From Candidatus Kaiserbacteria bacterium RIFCSPHIGHO2_02_FULL_49_16 (lineage in GTDB: Bacteria; Patescibacteriota; Minisyncoccia; Phycocordibacterales; UBA2100), in assembly GCA_001781465.1 (NCBI GenBank), contig MFLD01000036.1, positions 15,816-55,121 of the forward strand: DNA of 39,306 nt, given 5' to 3'. Positions 17,065 to 26,646 of the stretch are shown piece by piece. Each line of letters opens with the position of its first letter. Position 1 is the stretch's first letter. Both the position numbers and the translations under genes were made by a program. The notes beneath the pieces were generated by a model. The model was given only the letters and a program-made list of their open reading frames with translations, had not been told where the DNA came from and searched no databases.

Positions 17065-19845
17065 ATGAAAAAATATTTAGCAAATAATTTTTTCGTTGGA
17101 ATAATTCCGGCGCTTCTGGCGTGTGTTCTTGCCGCCATCGTGGTTCTTTTCCCCGCCCGCATTCAATTGCAAAAAGATTTCGTGGCTGTAAATGTTGCTT
17201 ATGGTCTTTTTGATCTTGATAGCGGCCTTTGCCGAAAAGGTTTTGATCTGCATGGATGCACCGAAGCTGACTTATCTATCGGGTGTACCATCAATAATCC
17301 GCAACTATGTAGTAATAATGACCATGTGGTTTTGAAGGCCATAAGTCTATGCAAAAATCGTGGCACAAACACAAACAGCGTGATTGGTGTTTTGTCTGTC
17401 ATGTGGAATGGCGGGACACTTTATTGCTCCAAGACTGCAAAAGATCAAGCTGACAAGGCTGCTAAGACTCTCGCTTTGACTAACCCCTCGTGCGAGGGGC
17501 TCGAGAACTTTTGGGCGAAACCCGGTGTCTGTACCGCGCGCTTAGTGGCTGTCGGATTGGGTGGCCTTCTCATTTCCATAGGCGCGTGGCTGCTCGCGCT
17601 CGCGGACATGATATTCAACTGGACGGTAGATAATACGATTCTTTTATTTTCTACCGCACTGTTCAATAAGGTTTCGCCAGCAATAAATATCGGTTGGACG
17701 GCGATGCGCGATATCGCGAATATAGTGATAATAGGAATGTTTACGTTCATCGCGGTTTCAACAATTCTCGGAATAAAGGAGTACGGGGCGGAGAAGATGA
17801 TTGCGCGGGTACTCGTGGTAGCAGTTCTTATAAATTTCAGCTTGCTTTTTACGAAAATAATTGTTGATGCTTCCAATTTTACCGCCGCGCAATTCTATGC
17901 TCCTCTTAATGGATACCCATCTTTAAGCGTCGCTCGCGCTGAAGCAGAAAGACTTTCTAAAGGGAGTCCTGGTAGGGCAGTCTTCTCTACCGCCGAAGAT
18001 TCCCTCGAAGCTCTGAATCAGCTCCCGAGCAAAGGAATTGCCGGGCAATTCATCGGATTTTTGAAAGTTACCAGTATTAGCAGTACTTTCAAGTCATTAA
18101 ATACCGTAGCCGAAAAGAATAGCGGCGGGGGATGGACGGTCCTTGGTCTAGGAATTCTGGGGTTCACGCTTCTCGGCGGAGTTGCAGTCGTACTGTTCTA
18201 TGGAGCGTATCTTCTCATCAGCCGAGCGGTACTTTTCATATTTCTTATGGTAACGGCCGCGGGAGCATTCGCGACTCATCTGATACCAAAAATGAACGAA
18301 AGCAAATACGGTTGGAACGGCTGGTGGTCTTCGCTTCTGCACAATGCCGCCCTCGCGCCGCTCCTGATGTTTTTTCTCTGGATAACTCTTCAGGTTTCTC
18401 AGGCAATACAAGCAAACAGCGGTTCGCTCGGCGACCTGGTCTCTAAAGATGCCTCGAGCGCCGACATAAACATGCTATTTTCCTATTGTATTATTCTCGG
18501 CCTGCTCTGGGGCTCATTCGCTCTGGCTAAGGAATGGGCAGGCCAGGTCGGCGGGCTAGGATTCACCGGCTCTTGGCTGAGTATGGCTCTCGCGGCGCCT
18601 CTCGCCCTCGGTTCCAGATTCATTGCCGCGCCGATCGCACGCAAGGTTCTTGGCTCAGGGGCAGCTGCAAGATCAATGATGCTTGAAAGTGATCTAAAGA
18701 AGGAGGCTGGCAAGGCCTCTAGGATAAAAGATAAAACTGGCTCTGAGTACAAGGCGGCTCTGGATAAGGTTACTGGGCTGATGAAAGCAAAAGAAAGGGC
18801 CGACAAATTTGCCCACGGCTCATTTAATGCGGCGAATCTCGCGCCAGTGAAGGCGGGGATGGGGTATCTTGGCGTTCCTGGCTTCTTGACTGGAGCAGGA
18901 AAAACAGAAGGATTTGCTGATGCCGCCAAGGCGCGCGCCGACGCGGCAATAAAGGCGGCAGAAGGGCTGGTGATTAAGGCAACCGATATCGGCAGAGAAG
19001 AACTGGCTGCAATCCGCGGCAAGCTTGATAACGACCCCGGACGTCACGAGGATTTGAGACTTAAAAAACAATCGGCGAGAGATTTGAGGCGCCTCGCAGA
19101 CAGCGCTCAAGCCACTCAAGAAATGCAGGTGCAGGACATGAATAATAGGCTAGACAAAGCGAGAGACGGTAAAGCACAGGGTGAGGGGACGCTTGCGTCG
19201 GTAAACCGGCAGAGAGAAGTTGAGGTGCCCGTGCTAGTCAAGTTCAGGACTGATCAAGCAAATGCTGAAGCCACCTTGCGACAGGAGACGGCGAATCAGA
19301 CTGGAACTTACGCAGAACAAACAGCAAGAATCAAGGCTGCGCAAGAAAAAGCGACCATAGTAGGAAAAATGGTTGAGGCACAACAGTCGAAGGTTGAGGG
19401 GCTTAATCTACAGGCGCAAGAAGCATCAACCGCGGTAACTAACTCAACTCAAACAATCAGTGAAACAGCGGCCGCTATCGCGGGAATTAAGAGAGACGTT
19501 GCAGATAAAGTGGCGGCAGCCGAACAAGCGGAGAAAGGCGCGGTGACTGCACTGAACGAGGCGACGCAGGATGAGGTTCAGGAGATAATTGACAACAGTC
19601 TTTCTCTCGCAACGGATGCCGCTGTGAGTAAGGTCTACAACCGAATCACAAACTTAGCAGTAGATGACACGATGTCGAATATGACTAGAAAAATCGCGGG
19701 CAAGCATTTTGATAAACAGGGTTACAGAGTGAGGCAACGCATTAGAGAAGAGAAAGCGGCGTTGCAAGGTCTTGCGGATACGGTGGCAGCAAACACCGCC
19801 GCCCAACAACAGGGAGGAGCCACAAATACGGGAGGGAACGCATAG
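17065..19845 (+). CDS. VirB6/TrbL-like polytopic membrane protein with long C-terminal coiled coil
   Basis: GWTAMRDIAN...LINFSLLF, several TM helices, WW motif, Ala/Gln/Glu-rich tail; upstream of PrgI and VirB4. Confidence 0.7.
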   Translation: MKKYLANNFFVGIIPALLACVLAAIVVLFPARIQLQKDFVAVNVAYGLFDLDSGLCRKGFDLHGCTEADLSIGCTINNPQLCSNNDHVVLKAISLCKNRGTNTNSVIGVLSVMWNGGTLYCSKTAKDQADKAAKTLALTNPSCEGLENFWAKPGVCTARLVAVGLGGLLISIGAWLLALADMIFNWTVDNTILLFSTALFNKVSPAINIGWTAMRDIANIVIIGMFTFIAVSTILGIKEYGAEKMIARVLVVAVLINFSLLFTKIIVDASNFTAAQFYAPLNGYPSLSVARAEAERLSKGSPGRAVFSTAEDSLEALNQLPSKGIAGQFIGFLKVTSISSTFKSLNTVAEKNSGGGWTVLGLGILGFTLLGGVAVVLFYGAYLLISRAVLFIFLMVTAAGAFATHLIPKMNESKYGWNGWWSSLLHNAALAPLLMFFLWITLQVSQAIQANSGSLGDLVSKDASSADINMLFSYCIILGLLWGSFALAKEWAGQVGGLGFTGSWLSMALAAPLALGSRFIAAPIARKVLGSGAAARSMMLESDLKKEAGKASRIKDKTGSEYKAALDKVTGLMKAKERADKFAHGSFNAANLAPVKAGMGYLGVPGFLTGAGKTEGFADAAKARADAAIKAAEGLVIKATDIGREELAAIRGKLDNDPGRHEDLRLKKQSARDLRRLADSAQATQEMQVQDMNNRLDKARDGKAQGEGTLASVNRQREVEVPVLVKFRTDQANAEATLRQETANQTGTYAEQTARIKAAQEKATIVGKMVEAQQSKVEGLNLQAQEASTAVTNSTQTISETAAAIAGIKRDVADKVAAAEQAEKGAVTALNEATQDEVQEIIDNSLSLATDAAVSKVYNRITNLAVDDTMSNMTRKIAGKHFDKQGYRVRQRIREEKAALQGLADTVAANTAAQQQGGATNTGGNA

Positions 19846-19857
19846 CTACTAATATAT

Positions 19858-20403
19858 ATGGAACCTGACAATGAAGAGAAGATACTAGATGAGAAAATAC
19901 AGGAGCGCTTCAAAGCATTACCGAAGGCGCTCCAAAACGCCATCACATCGGCAGATGTTGAAAAAAAACTGCGCGACCTATCAGATGTTCATAAACTGCA
20001 CCTCGACCAGTGGCAGAAACTTGAAAATGAAGTGATGCTCGCGCTCTTGGGTTTCCAGCCGGTGGAAAAGCTGGTAGCGAACATCAAAAACGAAGTCGGC
20101 CTTACCGATGAAATCGCGGAGGCGCTTGCGGGAGACATAGCGGATACAATCTTTCAGCCAATCCGCGCGGAGTTGGAACGCGAATTGGGAAAACCGGAAG
20201 ATGAGCCAGTAGCCAGTAGCTTGCAGCCGGTAGCAGAAAAGCCCGTAGCTAGTAGCCAGCAGCCAGTAGCATCTACTCCGCCGCCCGCTCCGCCAATGGC
20301 AAAATCGGTGCGAGCGACTCTGTCGCCCGCGTATGCGTCGGATACGAAAAGCCATGAGCGCAAGACCGTTGACGACGACCCATATCGCGAAGCGATAGGG
20401 TAG
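19858..20403 (+). CDS. Hypothetical cytoplasmic protein with C-terminal DPYRE motif
   Basis: Helical N-terminal domain, Pro-rich linker, ends DDDPYREAIG. Confidence 0.8.
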   Translation: MEPDNEEKILDEKIQERFKALPKALQNAITSADVEKKLRDLSDVHKLHLDQWQKLENEVMLALLGFQPVEKLVANIKNEVGLTDEIAEALAGDIADTIFQPIRAELERELGKPEDEPVASSLQPVAEKPVASSQQPVASTPPPAPPMAKSVRATLSPAYASDTKSHERKTVDDDPYREAIG

Positions 20404-20427
20404 TCGTCGCAAAGCTTCTAGCCAGAA

Positions 20428-20851
20428 TGTCTTTGCGAGCGTAGCGAAGCAATCTAGTACATCGTCGCATAATGTCGCTTATGATTCCCTGCGTATACAT
20501 TCTTGCGAGCAAGAGAAATGGCACATTGTATACAGGAGTAACGTCGCATCTGGAAAAACGGCTACAGGAACATCAATCGGGGACACTGGAGGGATTCACT
20601 AAGAAATACCACGTACACATGCTGGTATATTACGAAGTACACGAGACGATTGCTGATGCCATATCACGTGAGAAACAGATCAAAGGCGGTTCTCGAAAAA
20701 AGAAGTTAGCCCTCATTGAAAGCGTAAATCCAGCGTGGCGGGACTTGTCGGGGGAATTGTAAATACACTCTGGATTGCTTCCCGCCACGCTGCGCTCGCG
20801 GTCGCAAAGACAATGCGCTTACTGGATTGCTTCGCTATGCTCGCAATGACA
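20428..20851. mobile_element. GIY-YIG cassette bounded by 32-bp inverted repeats
   Basis: 20428-20459 and 20820-20851 are reverse complements with 3 mismatches; an extra degenerate copy lies at 20770-20812. Confidence 0.65.
20481..20762 (+). CDS. Stand-alone GIY-YIG nuclease family protein
   Basis: VYILAS.RNGTLYTGVT..L..R..EH, FTKKY, AISREKQIK, NPAWRDL. Start is 20481 or 20472. Confidence 0.92.
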   Translation: MIPCVYILASKRNGTLYTGVTSHLEKRLQEHQSGTLEGFTKKYHVHMLVYYEVHETIADAISREKQIKGGSRKKKLALIESVNPAWRDLSGEL

Positions 20852-20993
20852 CAGTACACGTCATCCTGAAGAAACGAATTCGCTGCTGTCCGAAGTGAGC
20901 AGGATGTTGCGTGTTATGATAGAGAAACTAGAGGCAAGCAACTAGCCGTCATTTATGTTTTGCCTAGAAGCTAGTCCCTAGCAGCTAATTCAT

Positions 20994-21458
20994 ATGCAAT
21001 TCCAAGTACCGCAATTCATAGAGGTTGAGGATAAAATCTTCGGACCGCTTACGTTCAAGCAGTTCGTATATGTTGCCGGCGGAGCGGGCACGTGCTATCT
21101 CTTCTGGAAAATCCTGCCCGTACTTGTCTCTGTGCCGCTTATCGCTGTTACCGCTGGGCTCGCCGCCGTTCTCGCATTTTTCCAATTCAACGGGAGGCCT
21201 TTCATCGCCGCGCTCGAGCATGGTTTTTATTTTCTTATCAGAAGCAAGCTCTACTTATGGAGAAACGAGAGCGGCAGAGAACATGCTACGACAAAAAAGC
21301 AGATGCTCGATAAGCACTCGCAGGAAACGACTCTCGTTCATGTCCCAATCCTTTCCAACAGCAAGCTACATGATCTCGCGTGGAGCTTGGACATAAAAGA
21401 GCGCATCACAGAGAGCGAGAATGAAGACGAGAGTAAACAGTTGACAGTTTACAGATAA
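20994..21458 (+). CDS. PrgI family (VirB3-like) membrane protein
   Basis: QFQVPQFIEVEDKIFGPLTFKQF, two TM helices, NGRPF. Confidence 0.85.
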   Translation: MQFQVPQFIEVEDKIFGPLTFKQFVYVAGGAGTCYLFWKILPVLVSVPLIAVTAGLAAVLAFFQFNGRPFIAALEHGFYFLIRSKLYLWRNESGREHATTKKQMLDKHSQETTLVHVPILSNSKLHDLAWSLDIKERITESENEDESKQLTVYR

Positions 21459-21531
21459 CAGCACAATGCAAAAATACAAACCCACAAACTTTCTGTCGAC
21501 TGTAAACTGTAAACTGTAAACTATTCCTATG
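21432..21531 (+). repeat. 100-bp heptamer-based hairpin element, copy 1
   Basis: 98/100 identical to 22175-22274. Confidence 0.95.
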
Positions 21532-22179
21532 CCCCAAGCGCTCGCAAGCAAAAAATCAACACAGGATTTCGTACCGGTGCGCGAGGTGCGCGATGGAATT
21601 ATTGTCCTAAAAGACGGCGGCCTGCGCGCGGTTCTCTTGGCGTCATCAATAAACTTCGCCTTGAAATCCGATGACGAGCAGACGGCTTTCATAACTCAAT
21701 TTCAGAGCTTCCTGAACTCTCTGGATTTTTCCGTGCAAATATTCATAGAATCTCGCATGTTGGACATCCGGCCATATGTAGACACGCTAGAGGTCGCATA
21801 CAAAGAACAACTAAACGACTTGATGCGCGTCCAGATACGCGAGTACATAGAGTTCATCAAAAGTTTCACCGAGACTGCCAGCATAATGACTAAAAATTTC
21901 TTCGTGGTGGTGCCGTACGCGTCTTCAGGATTGAGCACGGGTACTTCAGGCCCGTCTTCATTTCTCCCATGGAACAGAAAAAAGGTCTCCGCCGAGCAGG
22001 AAGATAAATCGTTCGGAGAAAAGGTGTCGCAGTTGGAACAGCGCATTGGAATCGTTCAGCAAGGGCTCGTGCGCACCGGCGTCCGAACAGTACAATTGGG
22101 AACCGAGGAGGCGATAGAACTTCTGTACAAATTATTCAACCCCGGCGAGGAAGGGAAGCCGATGACGCTTGAGCAGTAA
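21529..22179 (+). CDS. T4SS-associated protein resembling the N-terminal region of VirB4/TraC
   Basis: SSINFALKS..EQ..F..FLNSLDF.VQI, FFVVVPY; lies between PrgI and VirB4. Confidence 0.75.
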   Translation: MPQALASKKSTQDFVPVREVRDGIIVLKDGGLRAVLLASSINFALKSDDEQTAFITQFQSFLNSLDFSVQIFIESRMLDIRPYVDTLEVAYKEQLNDLMRVQIREYIEFIKSFTETASIMTKNFFVVVPYASSGLSTGTSGPSSFLPWNRKKVSAEQEDKSFGEKVSQLEQRIGIVQQGLVRTGVRTVQLGTEEAIELLYKLFNPGEEGKPMTLEQ

Positions 22180-22274
22180 ACAGTTGACAGTTTACAGATA
22201 ACAGCACAATGCAAAAATACAAACTCACAAACTTTCTGTCGACTGTAAACTGTAAACTGTAAACTATTCTTATG
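22175..22274 (+). repeat. 100-bp heptamer-based hairpin element, copy 2
   Basis: Runs from the upstream TAA to the VirB4 ATG. Confidence 0.95.
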
Positions 22275-24167
22275 TCTCTCCTCGACCTATTCAGAAGTAA
22301 AAAATCGGAAGCGGAAACATCCGCTCTGCCGATACTCCCGCAGGATATATACTCGGCCGGCGTTCTTGATCTGCAGGACGTAATCGCCCCGCACGCGCTT
22401 CGGATAAGTTCGCGCGAGCTGGATTTAGGCGAGCGCATCGCGCGCACCTTTTTCGTAATCTCGTATCCGCGTTTTCTCACTACGGGATGGTTCGCGCCTA
22501 TTATCAACATGGACAAAGTTCTGGACATTTCCATATTCATTCATCCGATGGACACGAGCGAGATGCTCAGGAAATTCCAAAAGAAAGTCGCCGAGGTTCA
22601 GAGCCAGATATCCACGCGCGAGCAAAAGGGAATGGTGCGCGACCCTATGCTCGACACGGCATATTCCGACCTTGAGGGACTGCGTGATTCTCTCCAACAG
22701 GCGCAGGAGCGAATTTTTGAGGTCGGCCTGTATCTCACAATTTACGGCAACACGCGGGACGCGATAGATAAGACAGAGTCCGAGATACGTTCCGTTTTGG
22801 AATCGCGCCTCGTATATATACGACCGGCGCTCTTTCAGCAAGAGCAGGGGTTCCGAAGCGTCCTTCCTCTCGGCAATGATGAACTTGATGTGCACACGAA
22901 ACTCAATTCCGCCCCGCTCTCGTCAATATTCCCATTTATTTCGTTCGACCTCACTTCGAACCGAGGTATTTTGTACGGAATCAACAGGCATAATTCCTCG
23001 CTCATACTCTTTGACCGATTTTCTTTGGAAAACTACAACTCGGTCACTTTCGCAAAAAGCGGTTCTGGAAAGAGTTATTGCACAAAATTGGAAATCCTGC
23101 GCTCGCTCATGTTCGACACGGAGGTTATCGTCATAGACCCAGAACGAGAATATGAGTATCTGGCGTCTACTGTCGGAGGCCGTTACTTCAATATATCTCT
23201 CTCATCGGAACATCATATCAACCCATTCGACCTCGCCATTCCGCGCGAAGACGAGAATCCAGCGGACATTTTGCGCTCCAACATCATCACTCTTGTCGGA
23301 CTTTTCCGCATCATGCTGGGCGGACTCTCTCCTGAAGAAGACGCGATTGTCGATAGAGCGATAACCGAAACGTACGCGCTGAAGGACATTACCCCGGAAG
23401 CAAATTTTGCGGCAATAGAGCCGCCGCTTCTCTCCGACTTCGAACTCGTTCTTTCTGGAATGGAGGGAAGCGAGTCGCTAGTTCAGCGACTTTCCAAATA
23501 CACCAAGGGTACGTGGGCTGGTTTTATGAACAGGCCTACGAATGTCGACATGAACAAGAAACTTATCGTCTTTTCCGTACGCGACATGGAGGATGATTTG
23601 AAACCGATAGCGATGTACATTATTACGCACCACATTTGGAACGTGGTGCGCAAAGAACTTCGCAAACGATTACTCGTCATAGACGAAGCGTGGTGGATGA
23701 TGCGCTCCGCGGACACGGCATCGTTCCTATTTTCCATCGCAAAGAGAGGAAGAAAATATTTCCTGGGCATTTCCACCATCACCCAGGATGTCTCGGACTT
23801 TCTCAACTCCCCATATGGAATGCCGATGATTACTAACTCGTCCATACAATTGCTCTTGCGGCAATCTCCGACTTCGGTGGACTTGGTACAGCAAACTTTC
23901 AAACTGTCAGATGAAGAAAAATATCTTCTGCTGGAATCGGATGTCGGCGAAGGGATATTTTTCGCCGGCCTCAAACATGTCGCGATTAAGATTATCGCGT
24001 CGTATACGGAAGATCAGATTATTACCTCTGACCCGTCGCAAATTCTCGCAATCCGCAAGGCAAAACAAGACCTCGCAGACACGAATAGCGCTAACGCAGG
24101 AGCAGCTATAGCGGGTATCACTCCGGCGCAAAGCACTGCTTCAAATCAGAGAAGCGCCGTCGGATGA
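22272..24167 (+). CDS. virB4: VirB4-like type IV secretion ATPase
   Basis: Walker A AKSGSGKS, IDPEREY, INPFD, Walker B LVIDEAW, KRGRKY, TQDVSDF. Confidence 0.9.
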   Translation: MSLLDLFRSKKSEAETSALPILPQDIYSAGVLDLQDVIAPHALRISSRELDLGERIARTFFVISYPRFLTTGWFAPIINMDKVLDISIFIHPMDTSEMLRKFQKKVAEVQSQISTREQKGMVRDPMLDTAYSDLEGLRDSLQQAQERIFEVGLYLTIYGNTRDAIDKTESEIRSVLESRLVYIRPALFQQEQGFRSVLPLGNDELDVHTKLNSAPLSSIFPFISFDLTSNRGILYGINRHNSSLILFDRFSLENYNSVTFAKSGSGKSYCTKLEILRSLMFDTEVIVIDPEREYEYLASTVGGRYFNISLSSEHHINPFDLAIPREDENPADILRSNIITLVGLFRIMLGGLSPEEDAIVDRAITETYALKDITPEANFAAIEPPLLSDFELVLSGMEGSESLVQRLSKYTKGTWAGFMNRPTNVDMNKKLIVFSVRDMEDDLKPIAMYIITHHIWNVVRKELRKRLLVIDEAWWMMRSADTASFLFSIAKRGRKYFLGISTITQDVSDFLNSPYGMPMITNSSIQLLLRQSPTSVDLVQQTFKLSDEEKYLLLESDVGEGIFFAGLKHVAIKIIASYTEDQIITSDPSQILAIRKAKQDLADTNSANAGAAIAGITPAQSTASNQRSAVG

Positions 24168-24242
24168 ACGCGGATGGGGGTGCGCGCGCGTTATCGTTGC
24201 CGCATGTGTGGTAACCCTACATTGCCGAGATATAATTAACGT

Positions 24243-25298
24243 ATGTATTCAAGACGAAAAACTGTTTTCCTGCTCCTCTTCTTCTCGTCTTTGTTTTCTT
24301 TTCCCGTTGCTCCCGCTCACGCGCAGTTTGATTCTTCGAACGAAACTGACAGAGTTATAGTTTCAATGACACCGAGGAATCCGGCGCCTGGGGAATATGT
24401 CCTCCTTTCTGCCGCAAGTCCTTTCGTGGATCTTGAGCAGAGCGACATCACTTGGTACGCGAACCAAAAAGTAATCTCGGAAGGCAAAGGATTGTTGGAA
24501 TCGAGTGTTATCGCCGGGCCCGCGGGGTCAGGGATTGATGTGGTTGTGATAGCGCGGTCCGGCAATACGAGCGCGACAGGAGAAGCGTTCATCCGTCCCA
24601 CTGAGGTCGACCTTGTGTGGGAATCTGATTCTTACACGCCCCCATTCTATAAAGGGGGCGCCCTGCCATCCGCGGGAACAAAACTTAAAATGCATGCGCT
24701 GGCGCGACTTATTCTTCCGGATGGAAGCAGCGTGCCGGAAAACGAAATTAAATACACATGGAAGCGAAATGGGTTTGTCGTTCCAGCTGTATCGGGAATA
24801 GGACGTTCGTTCGCGGTATTTCCTTCTCCCACGCTTTTCTCCACGGATTCCGTAGAGGTGGAGGCCGTTACCGCGGACGGCCAGCTCGCGGGCGGCGCGA
24901 GAGTGAACATCTCATCAATCGAGCCACTGCTTAAGCTATATGAAAATCATCCTCTTTTTGGAATCCTGTACAATAAAGCTTTCGGCCAAACTACACCCGT
25001 GAAAGAGTCAGAAATGACATTCGCCGCTGTCCCATATTTCGCGCAAGCCGGCAGTCCGGATGACGCCGAGCTCGCGTACAAATGGCAGATAAACGGGAGG
25101 AATATTCCCGCGGATTACGCGCGGCCGAGCGAAGTTACCATAAATTCTAACAATTCGAGCGGTGAAGCGTTTATCTCGCTTTCTCTTACCCGCGCGCGCA
25201 GTTGGAGCATGAGGGCGAACGGGGCGTGGAGTATTTTGTTCCCATCCGGAAGAGCGGGCGCTTCCGGAGAGAACTCGCTCACCCCGGCTCAACAATAG
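24243..25298 (+). CDS. Hypothetical secreted beta-rich (Ig-like repeat) protein
   Basis: Signal peptide AHA; repeated ITWY/YTWK/YKWQ strands; YTPPFYKG. Confidence 0.8.
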   Translation: MYSRRKTVFLLLFFSSLFSFPVAPAHAQFDSSNETDRVIVSMTPRNPAPGEYVLLSAASPFVDLEQSDITWYANQKVISEGKGLLESSVIAGPAGSGIDVVVIARSGNTSATGEAFIRPTEVDLVWESDSYTPPFYKGGALPSAGTKLKMHALARLILPDGSSVPENEIKYTWKRNGFVVPAVSGIGRSFAVFPSPTLFSTDSVEVEAVTADGQLAGGARVNISSIEPLLKLYENHPLFGILYNKAFGQTTPVKESEMTFAAVPYFAQAGSPDDAELAYKWQINGRNIPADYARPSEVTINSNNSSGEAFISLSLTRARSWSMRANGAWSILFPSGRAGASGENSLTPAQQ

Positions 25299-25313
25299 TT
25301 TTTATATTTATTT

Positions 25314-26645
25314 ATGACAACTCCAAAGACTTTTCTTAATTACGCCATAACAATCACCATACTCCTTCTCATTGGAGGCCTGGCTGGCTGGTATTACTTT
25401 CTTAATAAGCAGAAACAGGATATCGCGGAAAGGGATGCCGGGCGCGGATTGGGTTCGCCTCCGCCTTCCTTTGGCGGCGATGTGGGGAGTACATACAGCA
25501 ATGTCTCTGGAGTTGAGGGCGGCGCGGCCGGCAAAGAGGGGAAAGCTCCGCCCCGTTTGTGGCATGTGACAAAAACCCCAGTCGCGGGAATGGGATTTGT
25601 GAATACGGAGAAAAAAACAGCCGGTTCTTCCGCCACGTTGTCTCCGCAACTGTATTTCGCCGAACGCGGAACTGGATATATCCTACGCGCCGATACCGCA
25701 ACAAGCATTCTCACTCGGCTCACAAACAAACTCTTCCCTAAAACGTACGAAGCGCTGTTTGATTCTAATGGCTCCGTCATTCTTCGCTCCGTAGACGACG
25801 CGGGACGCATAACGAGCTTTGCCGGAGTTTCGGGACAAGGCGCGTCTTCAACACCAGCATCGGAAAAAAGAGCGTCTGATTCGGCCGAGGCGGCAAGTTC
25901 TCTCTTTGGAAAGTATCTGGACAGCGATATCCGCGCGGTCGCGGTTACGCCCGATACTCGCGAACTGCTTTTGCTCGCGCCGGATGGAAGCGGCGGTTCA
26001 CACGTTGTCCTTTCATCGTGGGACGGGAAAAAGCAGAAAACTATTTTCACATCGCCGCTTTCCGGTTGGAAGCCCTTCGCTCTCTCGGATGGGAAAGTGT
26101 TTTTGTCTCTTTTGCCCTCGGATAATGCCGCCGGATATGCTTTTGAAGTGAAGAGCGGCGTACTCATTCCCCGCCTGCGAAATGTTTCTGGGCTAGGTTT
26201 CCTGCCTCGGTCGTCCGATGCCGTTCTTTTCAGCCAATCTAGCGGAGGAGATGTCTCTCTTTTCTCGAGCCCTAAAAAGGACAGCGCGCCGATACTGCTT
26301 CCGCTAAAAACCGTGGCCGACAAGTGTGTTTGGGCTCCGACCCCACTGGCAAAAGGGAAGAAGGTACCGGTTGGCGAGCAGGGTCCGCTTATCGCATATT
26401 GCGCCGTTCCGGATTATTTCGCCACCAAGACTTTTCTAACGGACTGGTATACCGGGGCTTTGCACGCGTCAGACACATGGTGGCGTATAGATACAATTTC
26501 GGGAGAGGTTTCCCCCCTGCTTGAATCTGGAGACTCAGACGAGAAATTTGACGTGGAAAATCCGATTATTGATGATGCGGGCGAACAAATAGCGTTTATG
26601 GATGCAAAAGATAAATCGCTTTGGCTTTTGCGGATACAAAAATAA
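25314..26645 (+). CDS. Hypothetical membrane-anchored, probably beta-propeller protein
   Basis: N-terminal TM helix, beta-rich body, ADKCVW...YCAVP, ends SLWLL. Confidence 0.8.
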   Translation: MTTPKTFLNYAITITILLLIGGLAGWYYFLNKQKQDIAERDAGRGLGSPPPSFGGDVGSTYSNVSGVEGGAAGKEGKAPPRLWHVTKTPVAGMGFVNTEKKTAGSSATLSPQLYFAERGTGYILRADTATSILTRLTNKLFPKTYEALFDSNGSVILRSVDDAGRITSFAGVSGQGASSTPASEKRASDSAEAASSLFGKYLDSDIRAVAVTPDTRELLLLAPDGSGGSHVVLSSWDGKKQKTIFTSPLSGWKPFALSDGKVFLSLLPSDNAAGYAFEVKSGVLIPRLRNVSGLGFLPRSSDAVLFSQSSGGDVSLFSSPKKDSAPILLPLKTVADKCVWAPTPLAKGKKVPVGEQGPLIAYCAVPDYFATKTFLTDWYTGALHASDTWWRIDTISGEVSPLLESGDSDEKFDVENPIIDDAGEQIAFMDAKDKSLWLLRIQK

Positions 26646-26646
26646 T

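Noticed and set aside
21432-22274. CRISPR array
   Set aside because: Only two 100-bp copies separated by a whole gene; no repeat-spacer periodicity and no cas genes.
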